This document shows, piece by piece, positions 40,438 through 52,115 of a DNA stretch of 64,000 nucleotides (the stretch's first letter is position 1; each line of letters starts with the position of its first letter). The notes beneath the pieces were generated by a model, which had not been told where the DNA came from, searched no databases, and worked only from the letters and a program-made list of their open reading frames with translations. The DNA lies in NCBI GenBank assembly GCA_025594325.1, contig JANHCV010000002.1, positions 1,674,001-1,738,000 on the forward strand. Direction: 5' to 3'. Source of the stretch: Blastocladiella emersonii ATCC 22665. Lineage: Eukaryota; Fungi; Blastocladiomycota. The translations under genes were made by a program, and so were the position numbers.

Positions 40438-43400
40438 TTAGCGACCGGGCCCGACCTCGCCCATGTTCGCGCGGCGGAACGGGCTGGCGGCCGAGGCGAG
40501 CGGGACCGGCGTCGACTCCTTGCTGAACGTCGACGGGTAGTCGGCGTCGTCGACCACGATCGACGCCGCGGCGGCGGCGGCGAGCGAGCGTTGCGACTCG
40601 ACCATGCGGTCGACGATCTTGAGGTCGGGCTCGAACCCGTCGAGCCCGTTGAGCCAGAACGTCTCCATGGTGCCCTTGCCCTTGATGGGCACCTCGCCGC
40701 GGCGCTCGAGGAGGAAGCACTTGCCCTCGGCGTCGGCGAGGCGCGAGTGGGCGGCCGCCGAGATGTGGATGCGGCTCGGCTCGCCCGTCGACTTCATGCG
40801 CGACGCCGTGTTGACCGTGTCGCCGAACAGGCAGTACCGCGAGCACTTCTTTCCGACGAGCCCCGCGACCACGCTGCCCGAGTGGATCCCGACCTTGAGC
40901 TTGAGCTCGAGGTCCGGGTTCGACCGGATCCGGATCTTGCCGATGGCGCGCGAGAAGTGCAGCGCGAGCTTGGCGATCTCGGCCGCGTGGTCGACGGTCG
41001 GGTCGGGGACGCCCGACACGCACACGTACGAGTCGCCGATCGTCTCGACCTTGTACACGTTGTACCCGAGGATGATCTCGTCGAAGACGCAGTACAGCGT
41101 GTCGAGCAGGTCGACGACGTCGAGCGCCGACGCCGTGTTGGTGATCTCGCCGAACCCCTCGATCTCGGTGAACATGATGGTCGCGTCGTCGAACGACTCG
41201 GGCGGGACCACCTCGCCGCGGATCATGCGCGGCGCAATCGACCGCGGCAGCATCGAGTGGATCAGGTCCGCCGACTTGGACCGCTCGCGCGCGAGCTGCT
41301 GGATCAGCGCCTCCATCTTGACGCGCTTGCGCTCGGCCTCGCGGTCGTTGGCCTCGCGCGCCGCCACCTCCTCGGTCAGGTCGCGCACGATCACCGTGAA
41401 CAGGTGCATGTCGTTCTCCTTGACCTCGGAAATGGACAGGTGCAGCGGGAACGCGGCGCCGTCGCGCTTGCGGCCCGTGACGGTGCGCCCGTGCCCGAGC
41501 ATGTACGTCTCGGACGTGAGGAAGGTCTGCATCTTGTCCATGGGGTCATCGATGCGCGCCGGCTGCAGCATCGCGACGTTGCGGCCGAGCACCTCGCCGG
41601 CCGAGTACCCGAAGATGGTCTCGGCGCGCGCGTTGAACCGCGTCAGCACGCCCTGCGGCGTGAGGTTGATGATCCCGTCGCCGACCGTCTCGAGGACCGA
41701 GTTCAGCGTCTTGCGCTCCATGAGCATCTTGTGCTCGGCCTGCAGGATGCTCTCCTCCATGGCGGCCTCCTTCTCCTGCGTCGCGCGCAGGTGCTCGAGC
41801 TCCTCCAGCTGCTCGTTCTTGAGCTGCCACGCGCGCGCCTTCTGCGCGTCCTTGAGCTCCTGCACCTGCGCCGCGATGCTCGACTCGAGCCGGTCGAACT
41901 CGGCCGCGTGCTGCCGCCGCTGCTCGACCAGCTCGTGCGCGTGGTGCGCGTGCAGGTCGAGGAGCTCGCGCCGCATGCGCTCGAGCGTCTGCTCGAGCCG
42001 CTCCTTCTCCTCCTGCGCGACGCGGTCCATGGCCTGGCCGCCCGCGAGCGGCGACGACGCCGACGACGCCGCCGCCTGCCCGGCCTTGCTGGCGCCCGCG
42101 GCGCCCGTGTACCCGCTGACGTTGGCCTCGTTGAGGATCTGCGCCGGGACGGCCGCGGCGGCCGGGTCGGGGCGCACCACCTCGTTCAGGATATTGGGCA
42201 TGAGCGGGACCGGCGGCGACTTGGGGTTCGGGTCAATGGAGCTGTGCAGCGGGATGTCCAGGAACTTGGTGATGGTAGTTTGCGGGTCCATGACGAGCGA
42301 CGTGAGGGCGCCGACGCGCGGGTCCGGGTCGTTGAAGAAGGTGGGGTCGAGCCCGGACTCGCGCTTAATCACGACCTTCCACTTACTAACGCGCGCCCAG
42401 CGCAGCTGGTCCTGGCGCTCGCGCACGAGCTCGGCGGCGGCCTTGTGGCGCGCCGCGACGTCGGCCATGTACTCGGCGTGCTTGAGCTGCAGCGTGACGC
42501 CGTCAAGCTGGAACTCGAGCTCGCCGATGGCCGACTCGCTGCGGTGCACGTCGCGGCGCTGGCGCTCCTGCAACTCCATGACCTCGCGCGCCTTGTACGC
42601 CTTGAGCGTGTGCGACTCCTCGAGCGCCTTGATCTGCAGGTCGAACATCTCCTTCATCTGGCGGATCTCGAGCGCCTGGGTGTCGCGGCGCTGCTCCGAC
42701 TTCTTCTTGTCGTACGCCTTGAAGTGGTTGATGCGGAACTGGAAGTCCTTGATGCGCTCCTGGCGCGCCTCGACCGACAGGTGCGCCGTCTCGAGGTTGA
42801 ACAGCTTGCGCTTGTCGTTGAGCTCGCGCTCCGACTGCTGCGAGAACTTCTTGCGCTTCTTGGTGTGCCGCGCCTCGACCTGCTGCAGGTACTCCTCGAA
42901 CGCCTGCCGGTGGTCGTCCAGCATCGCCTTGACCTCGGCGTCGATGCACTGCGCCTTGTCCTGCTCCCTGCGAGCGTGGATGGATCGGGGTCAGAGACGC
43001 GTCGGGTGAACTCAAGTCGAGCGAGAGAGACCGTACTGGATGATGATATCGCAGTTCTTGGCCGTGAAGTTCATGGTGGCCTGCAGCACCTCGCCGCGGC
43101 GGCGCGCCTCGCGCGAGGCCAGGACGGCCTTGAACGCGCGGTTCTCGCGCTGCACCTCCTGCTCCTGGCGCGCGCGGAGCCGCAGCAGCTCCTTTTCGTC
43201 CTGCTGCGCGAAGAAGGTCATCTCGGTCTACGCGTTTCGCGCGAGATCGTGAGTAACATGACCATGGACGACTGCGGGAGAGGGAAGCGCACCTTTTCGA
43301 GGCTCGAGACCATCGCCGCGGTCATGCGGACCTCCATCTTGTTGAGGTCGGTCCGCATCCCGTCGAACAGGCCCTTGACCGTGTTGTTCACGCGCTGGCG

Positions 43401-43697
43401 GAACTCCTTGGTCGCGTCGTTGCCGACGGCCACGGCCGGTGCCGTGCGGTTTGCGGCGGCATCGTTGGCCGTGACGTCCAGGTTCGAGCCGACCGCGGCA
43501 GGCGCACCCGCGAGGTCGGCGGAACTGCCGCCGCGAGCAAGATCGTCGGCCGACGGCTCACTGAACCTACACGATGAGGCGCGGTGAGCGGGATCAGGGT
43601 CGAGACTCGGATAGCGTCGCGGGACGTACTTGAGGTTGGTGCCCTTGCGGGCACCGGGCTTCGAGACGCCGCCGGACGCGGGCTTGAGTTGCGACAT
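40438..43697 (-). CDS. Soluble coiled-coil, PAS and class III guanylate-cyclase-like protein; several introns at the 5' end
   Basis: PAS GDGIINL..FNARAETIFGYSAGEVLGRNV; cyclase YKVETIGDSY, GIHSG, RYCLFGDTVNTASRM. Confidence 0.88.
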
Positions 43698-44652
43698 GTC
43701 GGGCCACGATCAAGTCGGTTTGTTTCGTGTGATCCGTAGCGAGGAGGTATGGGTCGGGAGAGGATGGATCGATGCGAAGTCGCGTCCTCGATGGGGGCAA
43801 CGAGCGGATCAGACGCGGGCCACGTTCATGTACAACTTCGAGAGAGGAAATCGAGTGTAGCGCCAACGCACCCACCTTTTATCGCGCGCGAAACTGGTTC
43901 AGGCCGATAGCGAGGATATCACCGATGGTCGTTGCGGATCGACGCTGCCCTGTTCTAGAACGGTGCGAGACGTGTTTCCACCCCGCCAGTGCGCGACGCG
44001 CGGTTCGTCGCCCCGAATCGGGGACGGCCTGTGTTGGGCCAGCTGGGCGACAGTGCCGAGTCCCATAATGACGCGAGGTAACCATGTGTCAGCTCCGCGT
44101 GCGCGTGGGAGACAAGCGTCGGCCATTATCGCGATGCACGCTGCCAAGCGAGCGAACCAGGTTGACCACGGCGCACGTCTCCCGCGCCTTCAACGTTTTC
44201 TTCCACGCGCTTACTCACGCGTCACCTATCGAGTGCGCGGGATTCGCTCCGGCACGACGCGTCTCGTACCGCGGTGGAGACATCGCGTGACCGCACACGT
44301 GATTGCTCGACGCGTCTCTCGTTCCGCCCGCGCGGCCGCCATCGCCCCGCCCGAACGGGGGCACGATCCCTGCCGGAGCGAAGACCGAGCTCTCTCAGTC
44401 CTGGGAGACGGCTCTGACAAATGCTAGCGTTGGCGTTGAGTCAGCGCTCCCACCGTCGTGAAAAGCTTGCCCAGAACTCGATTCGTGCCGCAACGTGCTC
44501 GTCGTTACGGATCGGATACGATCATCCAGCGCGCGATGGTGGTAGTTCGAACCATTGCTGATGTCTCCCCGAGCTTCAGCTGGTGGTGCACGCGTAGGAG
44601 ACATCCAAGAACGTCGCAAGCGTGACACAAAAACGTTGTTGGATACTATTAT

Positions 44653-45987
44653 TTACACGATACTGTTCGGCAGCTCATACCCGAGCAACTCGTTGCCGAC
44701 GTACTCGGCGATCGCGAGCGAGCTGGTGAGCCCGGGCGACTCGATCCCGATACAGTTGACCCAGTTCGGCATTCCCGCCCCCGCGCCGTCGCCGCCGTCC
44801 GCGCGGGCGACCCAAAAGTCCCGCGCGGGGACGCCGGGTCCCGACACCTTGGCGCGGATCCCGCAGTAGTCGTACGCGAGGTCGTCCTCGGGGACGCCGT
44901 CGAGGTACTCGGCGACGGCGCGGGCAAACTCGCCGCGCAGGTGCGACTCGGCGGCCTCGGCCAGCGGCGCGTAGTGTTCCCGTGCATCGCGCGGCAGCCA
45001 CTCGACACTGGGCCCGAACTTGGCGTCGCCCGCGAGGTCGACGGTCGCGTGGATCCCGAGCGAGGTCACGTTCGGGTCCGGGATCGGGTAGATGAGCCGC
45101 GAGACGCGGTGCACCGAGTTGTTGCGGCGCAGGCGGAAGTAGTGCCCGCGCGTCGGGTGCATGGCGAGGAGCGACGGGTGCGTCCAGTGCGCGTCGGCGG
45201 GTGGTGCGGCGGAGAGCGCGTCGGCGCCGTGGACCGCGGTGAAACCGAGCCGCTGGATGTGGTCGGACCACACGCCGGCGGCGTTGACGACGGCGCGCGT
45301 CGCGAGCGTCCACGCTTCCGCGCCATCGACGACGCGCAGGAGGTACCGCTCGGCGGCGGGGTCCCACTTGATCGCCTCGACGCGCGACCGCAGCGCGAGC
45401 TGGCCGCCGGCCTCCTCGAACACGCCGGCGACCGCGTCCATGTACTTGCACGCGGCGACGATCCCCGTCGACGGGCTCTCGAGGACGCGCGTGACGCGGC
45501 GCGCGAGGTTCGGCTGCGCCTGCCTCGCCTCGTCCACGGGCAGCCACGCGACGGGCACGCCGTGCTCCTTGGCGTGTTCCGCGATGGCGCGCAGCCGCGG
45601 CTCCCCGTCCTGCGTCGCGACGACCCACTTGCCGCACCGCGTGTGCGGGACACCGTGGGCGCGCGCGAACGCGTACATGAGCTCCTTGCCGCGCAGGCAC
45701 AGGCGCGTCTTGAGCGAGCCGCGCGGGTAGTAGAGCCCGGCGTGGATCACCTCCGAGTTGCGCGACGACGAGTGCAGGCCCGCGTGCGGTTCCTTTTCGA
45801 GGACCACAATGCCGCCGTCGGTCGACCGGCCGCTGCGCTGCGCGGACCGCGCGAGGTGCGCGCCGATGGCTAGGCCTACGGCGCCGCCGCCGATCACTGT
45901 CACGTCGGCGGTGGCGTCGGCCGCGGCCGCGGTGGTGGTGGAAAGAGCGCGGGAGAGCGCGCGCCGGGTTGCGAGGATGCGATACAT
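44653..45987 (-). CDS. L2HGDH: L-2-hydroxyglutarate dehydrogenase, mitochondrial
   Basis: Targeting-like N-terminus; IGGGAVG; SSRNSEVIHAGLYY; GIESPGLTSSLAIA. Confidence 0.92.
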   Translation of the reverse strand: MYRILATRRALSRALSTTTAAAADATADVTVIGGGAVGLAIGAHLARSAQRSGRSTDGGIVVLEKEPHAGLHSSSRNSEVIHAGLYYPRGSLKTRLCLRGKELMYAFARAHGVPHTRCGKWVVATQDGEPRLRAIAEHAKEHGVPVAWLPVDEARQAQPNLARRVTRVLESPSTGIVAACKYMDAVAGVFEEAGGQLALRSRVEAIKWDPAAERYLLRVVDGAEAWTLATRAVVNAAGVWSDHIQRLGFTAVHGADALSAAPPADAHWTHPSLLAMHPTRGHYFRLRRNNSVHRVSRLIYPIPDPNVTSLGIHATVDLAGDAKFGPSVEWLPRDAREHYAPLAEAAESHLRGEFARAVAEYLDGVPEDDLAYDYCGIRAKVSGPGVPARDFWVARADGGDGAGAGMPNWVNCIGIESPGLTSSLAIAEYVGNELLGYELPNSIV

Positions 45988-46290
45988 GGTGTCTATTTAT
46001 TTACATGAGCGGCGGCGGGTTGAAGAGAGAGGAGAGGGGAAAACGCGTCGTTCGCAACGAAAAAGCCACCCGGCGACGGGACGCGTGCGCGCGCGTGACC
46101 GCTGGATCCAGATCGAAACCGACTCGAAACCGGGCCGCTCCGCTGTCTGTCTCCTCGGCCGGTGCTTCGCCTCTTCGCTGCTGCCCCGACCTGTCCCTCC
46201 TTCCCGACAGACCAACGAATCTGCTACGCATCAACCCCACGGATCTACGGACACACGCACGCCCGGCACACCATCTCCACCACCGCAACC

Positions 46291-48459
46291 ATGTCGCTGT
46301 TCGAGGACGACGAGAACCTCGAGTTCACGTTCAACACCAAGTTCGTCGAGGAGTACGAGCGCAAGAAGAAGCGCGAGGAGCTGTCCAACCGTACGTGCGT
46401 CCCACCACTTCTCCGAATCGTTCCATCGCTGATCCGCTTCCCCCGCTCCGCAGTCCAGGAAAAGTACAAGGGCATCGATGACAAGAAGGCGCGCAAGCTC
46501 GCGGACCTGAAGCGCAAATACGGCAAGGACGTGGACGTGACGGACGCGCTCGACGACGACGACGAGCACGCGACGCGCGACGCCGGGTCCGACGACTCGG
46601 ACGCGTCGTCGTCCGAGGAGGAGGACGAGGTCGGCGAGCTCGTGACGCCCGAGGTGGACGCGCAGATCCTCAAGACGCTGACCATGATCCGCAAGCGCGA
46701 CCCGGCCGTGTACCAGCCCGACACCCAGTTCTTCTCGCCGGCGATGCTCGAGAAGACCCAGGCCGAGTGGAAGGCCAAGCAGCGCGAGCTCAAGCAGCAG
46801 GCGAAAAAGGTCACGCTCAAGGACCTCGAGCGCGAGCAGGTCCTGCGCGGTATCACGGACGTCGAGGCCGCGGGTGAGCAGGAGCTCGCGGCCATCCGCG
46901 GCGAGCTGTCGCACGTCGAGCAGCTGGCCAAGGTCAAGGAGGAGTTCAAGTCGGCCGCGTTCGGCGACGACGGCGCCGCGGCTGGTGCCGGGTCGGACGA
47001 TGACGACGACGACGGCCTGTTCACGTCGATCGTCAAGTCGGACGAGATGCTCGCCAAGGAAGAAGAGGACTACAAGTCGTTCCTGCTCGAGTCCATGGCC
47101 AAGGCGGGCGGCGAGGGGTACCTCGAGGTGTGGCAGCAGCACACGGGGCAGGACGAGGAGCCCAAGGACGCCAACGAGCAGTTCCTCATCGATTTCGTCC
47201 TCAACCGCGGCTGGATCGACAAGGAGGACAAGAAGCAGGGCCCCGCGCTGTGGGAGGGCGACGCGGCGCACCCGGTGGTGCCCGAGGTGGACACGGACGA
47301 GGACGAGGCGACGCTCGACGCCATTGACAGCTTCGAGCACAAGTACAACTTCCGGTTCGAGGAGGCGGGCGCGCTCGGGACCGAGGTCGGGATCACGACG
47401 CACGCGCGCACGGTGCCCGAGTCGGTGCGGCGCAAGGAAGACAAGCGCAAGCGCGAGCGCGAGGCGCGCAAGGCGCGCAAGGAGGCCGAGAAGATGCAGA
47501 AGCAGGAAGAGCTCAAGCGGCTCAAGAACCTCAAGCGCGACGAGGTGCTGGCCAAGCTGCGCGAGATCAAGGAGATCACGGGCAACGACGAGGTCGGGTT
47601 CGACGAGGTGGACCTCGAGGCCGAGTTCGACCCCGACCAGTGGGACCAGAAGATGACCACCGTCTTCGACGACTCGTTCTACGCGGCCGAAGACGCGGGC
47701 ATGAAGCCCGAGTGGGACGACGATATCGACATTGACGACCTCGTCGCGCCCGAGGACAAGGCGTCCATGGCCGAGGCCGCGGCGGCCGCGCGCGCTGCGG
47801 CAGCCGCACCACCAGCACCGGTCGCGGCGGTCGACGACACCGAGTCCAAGAACAAGAAGAAGAAGAAAAAGCGCAAGAAGTTTGACGACGACGACGAGGA
47901 CGATTTCATCGAGGTGCCCGACGCCGACGCCATGGACGCCGAGCCCGTGGTCGCGGCGCCCGCGTCGCGCAAGCAGCAGCAGCAGCAGGCGGCCGCTACG
48001 GCCGCGGCACCAGCACCGGCGGCGGCCTCGAAGCGCGCCGTGTCGGCCGAAGAGCAGGCGGCGCTCGACGACCTGTACAAGCTCGACTACGAGGACATTG
48101 TGGGCGGGATCCCCGTGCGGTTCCGGTACCGCGAGGTGCGCCCCGCGTCGTACGGTCTGTCGGTCGAGGACATCTTCGAGGCGGACGACGCGGACCTCAA
48201 CCAGTACGTGTCGCTCAAGAAGCTGGCGCCGTTCCGCGAGCCGGAGCGCGAGGAGCGCGACCTCAAGAAGTACTCGGGCAAGCACCGGGTCAACGAGTTC
48301 CGCAAGAAGCTGCAGGAGAAGAAGCGCGCGCTGCTGAGCGGCGTGTCGGCGTACCAGGACCAGCAGCAGTCTGGCAGCAACAGCGCCGAGGACCGGCTCG
48401 CGGCGTACCAGCCGACGACCAAGCGCAACTCCAAGAAGCGGCGGAAGAACGACGAGTAG
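46291..48459 (+). CDS. KRI1: KRI1 (40S ribosome biogenesis); intron 46391-46453
   Basis: KFVEEYERKKKREEL; EHKYNFRFEE; ELKRLKNLK; LDYEDIVG..RFRYREV. Confidence 0.93.
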   Translation: MSLFEDDENLEFTFNTKFVEEYERKKKREELSNRTCVPPLLRIVPSLIRFPRSAVQEKYKGIDDKKARKLADLKRKYGKDVDVTDALDDDDEHATRDAGSDDSDASSSEEEDEVGELVTPEVDAQILKTLTMIRKRDPAVYQPDTQFFSPAMLEKTQAEWKAKQRELKQQAKKVTLKDLEREQVLRGITDVEAAGEQELAAIRGELSHVEQLAKVKEEFKSAAFGDDGAAAGAGSDDDDDDGLFTSIVKSDEMLAKEEEDYKSFLLESMAKAGGEGYLEVWQQHTGQDEEPKDANEQFLIDFVLNRGWIDKEDKKQGPALWEGDAAHPVVPEVDTDEDEATLDAIDSFEHKYNFRFEEAGALGTEVGITTHARTVPESVRRKEDKRKREREARKARKEAEKMQKQEELKRLKNLKRDEVLAKLREIKEITGNDEVGFDEVDLEAEFDPDQWDQKMTTVFDDSFYAAEDAGMKPEWDDDIDIDDLVAPEDKASMAEAAAAARAAAAAPPAPVAAVDDTESKNKKKKKKRKKFDDDDEDDFIEVPDADAMDAEPVVAAPASRKQQQQQAAATAAAPAPAAASKRAVSAEEQAALDDLYKLDYEDIVGGIPVRFRYREVRPASYGLSVEDIFEADDADLNQYVSLKKLAPFREPEREERDLKKYSGKHRVNEFRKKLQEKKRALLSGVSAYQDQQQSGSNSAEDRLAAYQPTTKRNSKKRRKNDE

Positions 48460-50499
48460 GTAGGTGGTGGTCGTGTGGTGGTTTGGCTGTGCTCGCTCGT
48501 GTCCCCCTCTCTAGTCTCGTATTATTTATCTATCGCGTGTGCATATATCCATCCAACTGCTTGGCCGTGAAGAGCGTGGGATCGAGTGCGCCCAAAGCAT
48601 CCAGTGGGTGCGAGCCCTGCGCGTCCGCGTGCGCGCGTGGCGCGGCGCGTTCGCACGGCCCCGCGCCCGCTCGCACGAGCCTGGGCCGCGGCAGCACGAA
48701 CGGGCGGCCCGCGGTCTCTGGCAGGGAGCGAGAGCGGCATCGAGGGCGCGGCGCAGCGCCGACGGCGGGCCGCGGCCGCAAGGCGGAGTCCCGACCCGCG
48801 GGACACGGCGATCGCAGGCCCCCGCGGACCGCCAGGTCGCCGACGGCCGCGGCTCCGCCAACGGTCCGACCCGCGAGGCAGCTCCTGCACCGGGTCCAGG
48901 CGTCCCGCGCTCGCACGGACGCGTGCGCGCGCGGGCGTGCGAGTGCTGCGCGAGCGTGGCGACCTGCCTCGCGCCGCCAACGTCGCCGCGCGGTGATTGA
49001 TCAATGATCGCGCGCCGTGCGCGAGAAGAGGAAGAAGAAGCAAACCGCCTCCGACCGGGCGCCTGCTCCGAACGAGGGAACCGCGCGGATCGGGCCAGCG
49101 TGGGGAGCGAGGAGGAGCGGCGGGGGAGGGAGGCGAGCGGCGGAGGCGGAGACACCAGGTCGACGCGCCCCCTCTTCCCGCGAAAGTGCCCCATACACGC
49201 GAGGCGGCGCCGTGTCGCGCGACAGGACGGACACGAGGGAAGGGGAGGGCAGGGAGGAGCAGAAGCCGTTGGGAAGTCGCCGCGCGGCGGCGGCGGCGGC
49301 GGCGGCGGCAGCGCCTCGACCACGGCGGCCCCGCTCGCTTGGCGCGCTGTGCACTCGACGAATGCGGCGGCGGCGGCCCTTGTTCATGTCCGCGCTCCTC
49401 CCCCTCCTCCGCCGACCCGGTTGCGGCCCTCCCTCGGCCAAGGCACTCGCCACTTGTTGCAAATTGCTCGCTCGCTCGCGCACGGGTCAAGCGCCGCTGC
49501 TGCTGCCACGAACCTCCTGCCTCGCTGCTCCGTCCACTTCCGGAATTGGCGCCGAGCGACGTCTCTGTGCCACACCGACCCGCGACCCCCGACCCGCGAC
49601 CGCCCAGGCGTATCAGCCGTTCGCCGGTCTGGTGGCGATCAACCCAACCCGCGGCGCCGGCACCGACACGCACTCCTCCCTCGCACTCGCATCCACACAC
49701 TCTGCGGACGCTGCCCTAGAGCGCACCTGCCGCCTGTCCCTAGACATCGCCGCCTGCCGCACGCGCGCCAACCGCCCGAACCCCCGCGCACGAGCGCACA
49801 AGCCGGCGGCCCAGCGTGGGATCATCGCGCATCCCACCACCGCGGCGCTCGCGCCCCCACGCTCTCTCCTTCCCCTCGCCCGCCCGCCCGCCCGCCCACC
49901 CGACGCCGCGGCCGCCCTCGCTCGGCCCGCCGGTGCGCATCGGCTGTCCGCGTGGCTCGCGTCGATCGATTGTTCCGCCGCCGCGCCCGCGACCTGCCAG
50001 CCCTCGCCGCGCGCACACGCTCGCGGCCCGTTGCTGCCGCCGCTCGCTCCTTGGTTCGCTCGCTCGCCCGCCCGCTTCCCTCGCTCCCTCCCTCGCCGCG
50101 CTCCGTTCTCGTGCACTGTGCACTGTGCACGCAATTCGGTGCTGCTGCTCCGATCCATCCCACCCGCCCTCCGCCCGCGCCCCGGCCATGCGCCGCCCCA
50201 GCTGCAGCCCCAGCTGCAACCGCGGCTCCAGCGCTGAGCGTTGCGGTCCAAGGTCCAGCCCACCCTGCCCCGACCTCCACGGCCCTCTCTGCGCTCCCTG
50301 TCCGCCACCTCTGCTTCCCTTGGCTCCAGGTCACCAAGGCGCAGATCTGCGCCCGACGCCGCGGACCGCGCTTGCGTCCGACCTTGCGGGCCACGCGGCT
50401 CCTCGGCGTTCCGCCCCGCGCGCCGTCAGCGTCTCGGCGCGCCTCGATCACCCCCCGCCGCGCTCCCATCGCGATACCGCGCGCGGCCCACCGCCGTCC

Positions 50500-52080
50500 A
50501 TGCATGCACTCGACCAGCCGCGCACTTGCCGCAACCGCACCGCCGCGCCGCGCCAACTGCTCGCCCACGCCCTGCTGCTGCTCGCCGCTGTGTTCGCCGG
50601 CGCCCTCCCGGCGCTCGTCCTCGCCGCGCCCGCCCCGCACGCGCTGCCTCGCTCGCCCGCCAACGAGGCCACACTCGCCTCGGCCTCGTCCCAGTCGGTC
50701 GCCTTCCTCGGCCTCGCCGCCCACGAACCCGCCATCATCATGCCGGATACAGACACGTCCTCCACGACGACGGCGAGCGAAGTCGTCGAGATCGTGTCGG
50801 ACGCGCTCATCGCCATCGCCTACTTCACGATCCCGTGCATGATCTACTACTTCCAGCGCGCGCTGTCGTCGCGGTTCCCGCTCACCTGGGTCCTGTGGCT
50901 GTTCGACGCCTTCATCGTCGGGTGCGGCCTGACCCACGCCGTCCGCATCGTGCCCGGCCACCCGCCCGCGCTCCTCCTCGCACTCAAGGTCATCACCGCG
51001 CTCGTCTCGCTCGGCACCGCCGCCGTCCTCATCCGCATCATGCCCCTCGTCCTCCTCTACCCGGCCCGCGTCGCGCGACTCGAGCAGGAGCTCGGCCGGT
51101 TTGTCCGCCGCGACCACGCTTCGCAGTTCGGCGACGCCTGGTCCGACGCGCTCCGCCACCTCGTCGCCATGCTCCACGTCGCCGTCACCTCGGGCGCGGG
51201 GTCCTCGGACGCTGCCGCGGCGGCGGCGGGCACGCTGGTCCGTGCTGGTGCGGCGAAATCGCACGACGACCACCCGACCGGCGGCAGCGACGACCGGCCG
51301 TCCGCGACCACCGTCACGCTGCACGCCATCTTCGATACGGCCGCCGCCGAGCTGCTCAAGTGCTTCCCGCGCTACTCCTCGGTCCTCGTCTTTGTCCCGC
51401 GCACCCTCGCCCCGCACTCGGGCCTGACCTCGGTCTCGGCCGCGACCCAGCTCCTGTGCGTCGCCGAGGCCCACCACGCGGCCGGCAGCTCCGCCGCCGC
51501 CAGCTCGCCCCCCGCGACCAACTCGGATTTCACGAGCCCGGCCGCTGCGCGATCACATCTCGCATCATCCTACCACCACGAGCACCGCGGGCACGCCCAC
51601 CAGCACCGCCGGTTCGCCGCCACTACCATCGACCTCGCGGAACACACGGTCGGGTCGATCCTCAACCAGGGCAGCGCCGTCAAGCTGTCGACCGTCGACC
51701 TGACGCGCTTGCTCGGCGGCGCCCGGTTCTCGAGCGCCGTCGCCATGCGGCTCGCCGTCGGGAACGATGTCGGGTTTGTCATGCTCTGCGCCGAGGACGA
51801 GTCGTACGTTTTTTTTTTCTCGCTAAGCCGTGACCGTACCCACAGCTGACTCGACCCATCGTACAGTGCGCTCCACATGTCCGTCGCCGAGGTCGCGCTG
51901 CAGCACGACGCCGTGGTGCAAGTCCAGCTCGCGCTCGACCTCGCCACGTCAGCCGCGCACCGCGCGCGCCTCGAGTCGCAGGTCCGCGACCTCCGCCGGG
52001 ACGTGTCGTCCGCGGCGCGCGAGGTGGATGCGGCGCGCAACCACGTCAAGGAAGTCTCGGCCTTCGTCGCCGTGACGTCG

Positions 52081-52115
<35 letters not shown>

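Noticed and set aside
40273-43587. 1104-aa plus-strand ORF and similar long ORFs (379-1566, 2704-3867, 8989-10473, 30023-31447, 46231-48285, 49816-51849, 60490-62118)
   Set aside because: Antisense or off-frame shadows of real genes, caused by extreme GC3 bias; no domain motifs.
48480-50480. A protein-coding gene in the long GC-rich interval before the ETR-like kinase
   Set aside because: The ORFs are low-complexity Arg/Ala/Pro with (GCG)n tracts and lack coding codon bias; probably promoter or UTR.
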